Assembly: GCA_964368425.1 (NCBI GenBank)
Contig: CAYJAP010000005.1
Coordinates: 1-32,265 of the forward strand
Source of the DNA: an uncultured Lachnospiraceae bacterium
GTDB lineage: Bacteria > Bacillota > Clostridia > Christensenellales > UBA1242
Reading direction: 5' to 3'
DNA length: 32,265 nt
Both the position numbers and the translations under genes were made by a program. The notes beneath the pieces are model-generated. The model was not told the DNA's origin. It searched no databases and was given only the letters and a program-made list of their open reading frames with translations. Below, one piece after another: positions 26,470 through 32,265 of this stretch; the stretch's first letter is position 1; every line of letters starts with the position of its first letter.

Positions 26470-27501
26470 ATGAAGAAAACAATTGAAGCGGTTAGAAAAC
26501 AGTTCATCAAGGATTCAGCAGTGGCTAAAAGTGCTGCGGACATTGAGTCTTTGCGTGTAGCGTACATGGGGAAAAAGGGCAAGTTAAACGAAATAATGCC
26601 TATGCTTAAAGGCGTTCCTAATGAGCAGAAAAAAGAGATAGGACTGCTCATCAACTCATTAAAAGGTGAGATAGAGAGTAGGGTTGCGGAGCTGGTTAAA
26701 AGTCTTGAGAATCAAAAAATTCAAGAGCAAATCAACAACGCGGAAAAGATTGATATAACCCTTCCTGTGTATACTGCAGTAGGTTCTCTACACCCTCGTA
26801 CGATGGTACAGAAAGAGATAGAAGACGTGTTTATCTCTATGGGCTTTACGATAGAAACGGGGGACGAGGTAGCTACAGAGCACAGTAACTTTGACGCCGT
26901 TAACGTGCCTAAAACACACCCTGCAAGAGATATGCAGGACACTTTTTGGCTTGACAATGGACAGTTGTTGAGAACACATACATCTGCGTTACAAAACAAG
27001 ATACTGAAAAAGTACAATGGTCCGTTGAAAGTTATTATGCCGGGTCGTTGTTTCCGAAATGAAGCGGTAGATGCTAAGCATGAAACGACCTTCTTCCAGA
27101 TTGAGGGAATGATAGTTGATAAAAATATATCTGTCGCAAATCTTATATACTTTATGAAAGAGATGTTGTCGAAGGTGTTCAAAAAAGATGTTGAAGTGCG
27201 ACTACGTCCGGGTTATTTCCCGTTCGTTGAACCAGGATTCGAGCTTGATGCAAAATGTCCTTTCTGTAATGGCGACGGCTGTCAGACATGCGGAAAGAGT
27301 GGTTGGTTGGAGCTATGTCCTTGTGGAATGATACATCCTGAAGTGTTAAGATTGGCGGGGATGAATCCGGAAGAATACAGCGGATGTGCGTTTGGTTTGG
27401 GCTTTGACAGACTGGTAATGATTCGTTCAGAGATAAATGATATAAGATTGTTGACTAGCGGAAATTTAAAAGTATTGAAACCGTTTGGTATTAATCTGTA
27501 G
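26470..27501 (+). CDS. pheS: Phenylalanyl-tRNA synthetase alpha subunit
   Basis: GSLHP, HPARDMQDTF, LRTHTS, FFQIEG, RPGYFPFVEP, AFGLGFDR. Confidence 0.98.
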   Translation: MKKTIEAVRKQFIKDSAVAKSAADIESLRVAYMGKKGKLNEIMPMLKGVPNEQKKEIGLLINSLKGEIESRVAELVKSLENQKIQEQINNAEKIDITLPVYTAVGSLHPRTMVQKEIEDVFISMGFTIETGDEVATEHSNFDAVNVPKTHPARDMQDTFWLDNGQLLRTHTSALQNKILKKYNGPLKVIMPGRCFRNEAVDAKHETTFFQIEGMIVDKNISVANLIYFMKEMLSKVFKKDVEVRLRPGYFPFVEPGFELDAKCPFCNGDGCQTCGKSGWLELCPCGMIHPEVLRLAGMNPEEYSGCAFGLGFDRLVMIRSEINDIRLLTSGNLKVLKPFGINL

Positions 27502-27512
27502 GAGAGTGAGAG

Positions 27513-29894
27513 ATGAAGATTTCAATTAATTGGATAAAAGAATGGGTAGATTTACAGGGAGTTGATATAGAGAATCTTCGTAAGAGATTTGAGTTATCGA
27601 CTGCGGAAATTGATGACGTTATATACAAAGGCAAAAACGTGTCTAATATCGTACTAGCCAGAGTTGTTAAAGTGGAAAATGTTCCTAACTCCACTAAGCT
27701 ACACCTTTTACAAGTCGACGATGGTTTGAGTGCTCCTACGCAGGTGGTGTGTGGAGCGCCCAACGTGAGAGAGGGCATGGTGACTGCATTTGCTCGTGTT
27801 GGCGCAAATGTGAACGGATTCGCTATAAAAAAGGCGAAACTTGCGGGCTTAGATAGTTGTGGTATGTGTTGTGGCGAAACCGAGCTAGGTATCGGAAGTG
27901 ACGATTACGGGATAATGGATATAGTCGATGTTAACGCACCTATGGGCACGGATATCAAAAAGATTTTCCCTATAGACGATATCGTTTGGGAAATAGACAA
28001 TAAGTCGTTGACCAACCGTCCGGATTTGTGGGGGCACTACGGTATCGCTAGAGAAATTGCCGCTATACTCGGGAAGAAACTAGCTCCTTTGGCAATAGAC
28101 GATTTAAGCAAATATAACAAATTGCCAGCGTTAAATATTTCTGTAGAAACGAAGAATTGTTACAGATACTCCTCTTTGTCTCTTGCGAACATTACTCGCA
28201 AAACTTCACCTATGGAAATGCAAATCCGTCTTAACTATTGCGGAATGAGAAACATTAATCTGTTGGCGGACATGACAAACTATATCATGCTTGAACTTGG
28301 TCAGCCAATGCACGCGTTCGATAACCAAGTGGTGAAAGGTATAACGGTTATAGAGGCAGATAAAAAACTAACGATGACTACTCTTGAGGGTGAACAACAT
28401 GCGATAGAGCGTGGTTCAATCGTCATCTGCGACAACAAAAAAGAACCTGTTGCAATAGCAGGCATCAAGGGTGGACTCAAGTCCGGCATTTCAGACGGCA
28501 CTACTTCTCTGTTGCTAGAATCGGCTACTTTTGATGCGGTTTCAATACGAAAAGCTGCTCAGCAAATCGGTTTAAAAACAGATGCTAGCCAGCGTTATGA
28601 AAAATCGTTAGACCCAGAAATGACAGTTACGGCAATAGCTAGATTGTTGTATATATTGAAGAAGGCGGATAAAAACATATCTCTAACATCCCGCTTAACC
28701 GATGTGTACAACTACCAATATCCAGCAAGAAAGATATCTTTGGATTTAGCGTTTGTTAAGTTACGTTCAGGTATTGATATCCCTAAAAAGAATATTATTT
28801 CCACGTTGCGCTCCCTTGAGTTTGGGGTCGTGGACAAAGGCGACAAGTTGGAAGTTTCCGTTCCAAGTTTCAGGGCAACGAAAGACGTGTCGATAAAAGA
28901 AGATTTGGTGGAAGAAATCTTGCGTATGTACGGCTATGACAACGTGCAGCCACAGTCGATTGACTTCGAGTTGAAATCCGTGATACAGACGCCAGAAGTT
29001 ATCAATGAGTACAGAATAAAGCGCTTACTTGCAGAAAAATATGGGGTAAGCGAGGTGCACTCATATATATGGAACTTCGCAGAGTTTAACAAATCTGCGG
29101 GGATAGATAGCTCGTCAGTAGTTTCACTCATGGACGCGTCTAACAGTGGACAGTCGGGGATACGCAGTGCGTTGTTGCCAAGTATAATCAGGTTTTTCTA
29201 TGACAACAGAAATAATTTCGCAGATATACGTATGTGTGAAATAGGTAGTGTGGTTGAGAGCTTAGATAGCAATAAATTGGTCAATGAAACCAAAAAAATA
29301 GCTATACTACTTGCTTCTCAAAACAAGACCGAGAAGGAATTATATTTTGAGATGAAAAAGATTGTAGAAAACATCTCACAATCGCTAGTAGGTACAAAGA
29401 TCACCTACGTTGCCGGTACGAAGAACTCGCTGTTACATCCCGTTAATAGTTGTAAATTAATACTGCCTAACAATAAACAGATGGGAGAGATGGGCGTTAT
29501 TCATCCTTCACTAAAAAACAGCCTAGACAAGAGGTTCAACGTAGCTCTCTTAGAGGTTAATTACAAAGATTTTGTTGGAGCACCTATCGTTGCCGCTAAA
29601 CGAAAAGAAAATTCGAAGTATCAGTCGGTTAACCTGGATTTTAACTTCTTAGTTCCAAACGACATGAAATATTCCGACTTGGATACTATCATCTCTCAGT
29701 TTAGAGCAAAGATGATTATAGAGTACTCTCTAAAAGATATCTACCAGAGCGCAGATTTGAAGGGTAAGAAAAGTTATACGTTTGGGTTTACAATCACTCC
29801 TAAAGAACACACTTTTGAGATGGCGGAGATTGAACAGTTTTCCAAAAGACTTATTGAACACATGGCACGAAATGGTATAGAATTGAAGAAGTAA
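27513..29894 (+). CDS. pheT: Phenylalanyl-tRNA synthetase beta subunit
   Basis: VVCGAPNV, TNRPD, GQPMHAFD, LLESATF, EDLVEEILRMYGY. Confidence 0.97.
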   Translation: MKISINWIKEWVDLQGVDIENLRKRFELSTAEIDDVIYKGKNVSNIVLARVVKVENVPNSTKLHLLQVDDGLSAPTQVVCGAPNVREGMVTAFARVGANVNGFAIKKAKLAGLDSCGMCCGETELGIGSDDYGIMDIVDVNAPMGTDIKKIFPIDDIVWEIDNKSLTNRPDLWGHYGIAREIAAILGKKLAPLAIDDLSKYNKLPALNISVETKNCYRYSSLSLANITRKTSPMEMQIRLNYCGMRNINLLADMTNYIMLELGQPMHAFDNQVVKGITVIEADKKLTMTTLEGEQHAIERGSIVICDNKKEPVAIAGIKGGLKSGISDGTTSLLLESATFDAVSIRKAAQQIGLKTDASQRYEKSLDPEMTVTAIARLLYILKKADKNISLTSRLTDVYNYQYPARKISLDLAFVKLRSGIDIPKKNIISTLRSLEFGVVDKGDKLEVSVPSFRATKDVSIKEDLVEEILRMYGYDNVQPQSIDFELKSVIQTPEVINEYRIKRLLAEKYGVSEVHSYIWNFAEFNKSAGIDSSSVVSLMDASNSGQSGIRSALLPSIIRFFYDNRNNFADIRMCEIGSVVESLDSNKLVNETKKIAILLASQNKTEKELYFEMKKIVENISQSLVGTKITYVAGTKNSLLHPVNSCKLILPNNKQMGEMGVIHPSLKNSLDKRFNVALLEVNYKDFVGAPIVAAKRKENSKYQSVNLDFNFLVPNDMKYSDLDTIISQFRAKMIIEYSLKDIYQSADLKGKKSYTFGFTITPKEHTFEMAEIEQFSKRLIEHMARNGIELKK

Positions 29895-29924
29895 TTCTTA
29901 TTCATTAGCAAAAATCAGATAAAT

Positions 29925-29953
29925 AAAAGCCGGACGGTAAGTCTGGCTTTTTT
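29925..29953. terminator. Intrinsic terminator (likely bidirectional)
   Basis: AAAAGCCGGAC-ggtaa-GTCTGGCTTTT plus T-run. Confidence 0.82.
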
Positions 29954-29985
29954 GTATAAATAATGTGACATAAAGAGGTTTTTAA

Positions 29986-30813
29986 CTATCTTCTGATCAG
30001 TCGTCCTATTAAGTAGAATAATCCAGCGATAGATACTAATACGATGGAGAATATCAGCGATAAAACAAGAAAACAGAATATATACGAGCTTCCCACGATC
30101 AATCCAGTCATCACAGTGCTAGATGCAGTTGTTGGTATAAAGGCTAGGATAACGTTGAAAATGAGGGCTAATACACAGTACAAAAAGAACCCGGGAATGC
30201 TGCCGACTATGTCGGACTTGCTGAGTTTCATGTGTAGTGCTATAAAACTACCGATAATTATAAATACCCACCAGAAAACATTACTTAACATTTCTACGGC
30301 GAATATTCTGTCCAACATGTCGATGAGAAGTCTGAAAATATTTGATATTCCTGTCGCTGTTAATCCTGCAGTGTTTGATGCTGTAAAATCTTTTGTTAAA
30401 TCAATTAGTTGAAAGAATAGATTGTTCACGAAAATTAACATGAGTAAAATCAGCACTGCTGAACCCAACAGGATAGGACCTATACCGATAAAGAAATTTC
30501 CCATCTGCTGATAAACATTTTTCTTTTTGTAGGAGTGTTCCACATGTCCCAGTGAGCCAGTTTCCTTGTCTACGTGAAACAGTTTCATGCTGGTTATTTT
30601 ATGTCCAAAGATTACTGCAAACATCGCATGTCCCAGTTCATGCACAGGAGTTCCTATCACGGCGGTCATCACCGACACCTTCCAAGAACTTCTGCCTAGA
30701 AAATAGTAAAAGGTATTGTTTAATATACCTATCAGTAAACCGATAATTATCACTATCCCCACTGTGTAGAGTATAGTGAAAAGTGTATTTTCTAGTATTT
30801 GAAGAATTATCAT
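29986..30813 (-). CDS. M50-like membrane zinc metalloprotease
   Basis: HELGH in a hydrophobic segment, GHV, IGIGP, LSKSD; many TM helices; GGGAG RBS. Confidence 0.72.
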   Translation of the reverse strand: MIILQILENTLFTILYTVGIVIIIGLLIGILNNTFYYFLGRSSWKVSVMTAVIGTPVHELGHAMFAVIFGHKITSMKLFHVDKETGSLGHVEHSYKKKNVYQQMGNFFIGIGPILLGSAVLILLMLIFVNNLFFQLIDLTKDFTASNTAGLTATGISNIFRLLIDMLDRIFAVEMLSNVFWWVFIIIGSFIALHMKLSKSDIVGSIPGFFLYCVLALIFNVILAFIPTTASSTVMTGLIVGSSYIFCFLVLSLIFSIVLVSIAGLFYLIGRLIRR

Positions 30814-30824
30814 ATAAGCTCCCG

Positions 30825-30947
30825 TTAGAATAGATTAAAAAGAGTTTCTTTTGGTCTCAGTTGAGTGATTCTGAGAAAGATTTGCTTTGCAACTAAATAG
30901 CAGTCTTCAAAAAATATTGAGCCACTGAGCATTATAATTCTTTGCAT
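30825..30947 (-). CDS. Putative 40-aa small protein / upstream ORF (not in ORF track)
   Basis: CAGGAG 5 nt before ATG; MQRIIMLSGSIFFEDCYLVAKQIFLRITQLRPKETLFNLF; TAA lies 1 nt before the GGGAG RBS of the M50-like gene. Confidence 0.45.
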   Translation of the reverse strand: MQRIIMLSGSIFFEDCYLVAKQIFLRITQLRPKETLFNLF

Positions 30948-31274
30948 GTTAACTCCTGTGGTACATTACAATATTATAATAACATGATTTATTATAAAAT
31001 GAAAGCTATATTAAATATACCTTTTATGTTGTGTAAAAGACATGCTATTACTCGACTGGATTGCTTCGCTTACAAGTATTAAATCTTCTTGTTTCTATAT
31101 GCAGGCACTTATAGTTATGCGTCAGTCTATGTCCACTTAGAGCCATGTACTGTCATCATCTTATACCTTCTTGACAATTACTCATAGATGTTTCTTGCTG
31201 TGACGTGTTAAACTTAAAACTAGAACTACATCTAAATACATAGTATTAGATAATTATTCTCACACACTTGCTAT

Positions 31275-31344
31275 AAAAAATAAAAACTTGCTAATTCCAT
31301 GTGTCACTAATTAGTTGACCATGTTTAATAGACTGAGTTTTTAT
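31275..31344 (-). terminator. Long imperfect hairpin, possible terminator of the two small genes
   Basis: ATAAAAACT/AGTTTTTAT outer stem, CATG/CATG, GTCA/TGAC, central ACTAATTAGT palindrome; T-run follows on the minus strand. Confidence 0.45.
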
Positions 31345-31380
31345 CTTAGTAGTTAGTGATAATAAACAGTTACATTGTTT

Positions 31381-31710
31381 TTATTTTTTTCTACCTGAAT
31401 TATTTTCCAGACTGTCTTTAGAAATGCCTTCTACAGAAGGTTGTCCAATGCCTTTTATCTGATTTTGTATATCTATTATTTGGGCGTTTAAACTTAAAAT
31501 CTCTGCACGCGCCTCAGTTACTCTTCTTCTCATATCAAGCAATGAACTTTTTAAATCTTCAGAATTTTTGCCTTGAGCTTGCACTGACTGCAGCATTGCC
31601 ATACGATCTATTAATAGCTTTATAAAAGTGTCCCTGTCGTTGGCGGTTTCTTCTAATTTACTTAGTTGTCGTTGCAACTCAATTCCTTTATATATATCTA
31701 GATACTGCAT
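31381..31710 (-). CDS. Hypothetical coiled-coil protein, 109 aa
   Basis: GAGGAG RBS inside the end of the upstream gene, 1-nt gap, heptad-like pattern. Confidence 0.75.
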   Translation of the reverse strand: MQYLDIYKGIELQRQLSKLEETANDRDTFIKLLIDRMAMLQSVQAQGKNSEDLKSSLLDMRRRVTEARAEILSLNAQIIDIQNQIKGIGQPSVEGISKDSLENNSGRKK

Positions 31711-31711
31711 A

Positions 31712-31999
31712 TTATTTTCTCCTCGATGTTGGTGTTATTTGGCGTCCCTTTTCTAATTCTTTTTGTTGTTGCTGTAATTGTAGTAAATTTGCTTTAGCTA
31801 CCAAAATTTCAATTTTTACTTGTTTAATTAGTCCTTTAAATCTTTCTGTTCCTTCAGGACTTCTTTTTGTAGATAATTGCATATGAAATAACTGCGATTC
31901 ATATATTTTAATTTGTTTTTCTAAATCTTCTATTCTCTTTGCTTCCAACATAATTTTTTGACCTATTTCTCGAAGCCCGTGTATATAATTAATATCCAT
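31712..31999 (-). CDS. Hypothetical coiled-coil protein, 95 aa
   Basis: GGGGG RBS, own promoter, heptad-like pattern. Confidence 0.75.
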   Translation of the reverse strand: MDINYIHGLREIGQKIMLEAKRIEDLEKQIKIYESQLFHMQLSTKRSPEGTERFKGLIKQVKIEILVAKANLLQLQQQQKELEKGRQITPTSRRK

Positions 32000-32027
32000 T
32001 ATTCCCCCAATTTACTGTGCTGAACAT

Positions 32028-32056
32028 ATTCTATACCATATTAGTGGTGTTGTCAA
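32028..32056 (-). promoter_or_regulatory. SigA-type promoter for the two small genes
   Basis: TTGACA (32051-32056), 17 nt, TAGAAT (32028-32033). Confidence 0.75.
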
Positions 32057-32165
32057 GACCGTGTTTTTGTATAAGTGTAAAAACTTATGGGTAATAGCTA
32101 ACTTATTTCCTTCTTTTTCTCTCTTTCTTTCTCGCAATATTGTGCAAGCGATTATTTAATGTAAA

Positions 32166-32197
32166 TAAAAAATACCTTCCAGAAAGGAAAGCATTTT
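32166..32197 (-). terminator. Probable terminator after tRNA-Leu(TAG)
   Basis: Minus strand AAATGCTTTCC-tttct-GGAAGGTATTT followed by a T-run. Confidence 0.55.
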
Positions 32198-32206
32198 ACT
32201 AATTTA

Positions 32207-32265
32207 TGGTGCGGATGAAGGGACTTGAACCCCCACTCTTTCGAACTAGATCCTAAGTCTAGCGC
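32207..32265 (-). tRNA. tRNA-Leu (anticodon TAG), 5' end outside the window
   Basis: Minus strand CTAGA-CTTAGGA-TCTAG anticodon arm, TC-GAAA-GA variable arm, GGTTCAAGTCC, ..CATCCGC-A-CCA. Confidence 0.93.

Noticed and set aside
26295-26654. 119-aa minus-strand ORF
   Set aside because: Antisense to the T-box leader and pheS.
31048-31146. 32-codon minus-strand ORF (MALSGHRLTH...)
   Set aside because: No RBS and no recognisable features.
24598-32265. Integrated element bounded by the tRNA-Leu genes
   Set aside because: No integrase, no duplicated tRNA 3' end seen, and the interval contains core pheST.
32207-32265. Unusually short variable arm in tRNA-Leu(TAG)
   Set aside because: Short variable arms are common for this isoacceptor.
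1-32265. CRISPR array, rRNA, reverse transcriptase or recoded stop codons
   Set aside because: No regularly spaced repeats or such genes were seen, and core genes read normally with the standard bacterial code.

Overview
AT-rich housekeeping chromosomal region of a Bacillota (Clostridia-like, probably spore-forming) bacterium. No transposase, integrase, phage gene or CRISPR array was seen. Order: frameshifted 3' end of an acidic surface protein gene; minus-strand dnaD-like / DnaC-like loader / rel / stand-alone HD hydrolase; sbcD-sbcC-UPF0104; a deacetylase-like gene; ywmB-like, spoIIQ-like, acpP; walJ-like; M1 peptidase; htrA; two CPBP proteases; rlmH-tadA-glmU-like-pth; PrsA-like lipoprotein; tRNA-Leu(CAG), cytidine deaminase, nucleoside phosphorylase; T-box-pheST; M50-like protease with a 40-codon upstream ORF; two small coiled-coil genes; partial tRNA-Leu(TAG). 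The strongest observation is a long Rel whose (p)ppGpp hydrolase motifs are all eroded while synthetase and regulatory motifs are intact. It is followed directly by an intact small alarmone hydrolase with its own promoter, suggesting a split synthesis/hydrolysis system. Several other proteins look like retained pseudo-enzymes or lack a signature motif (GlmU-like, deacetylase-like, SpoIIQ LytM site, hook-less SbcC). All calls come from motif reading by eye; no searches were run.
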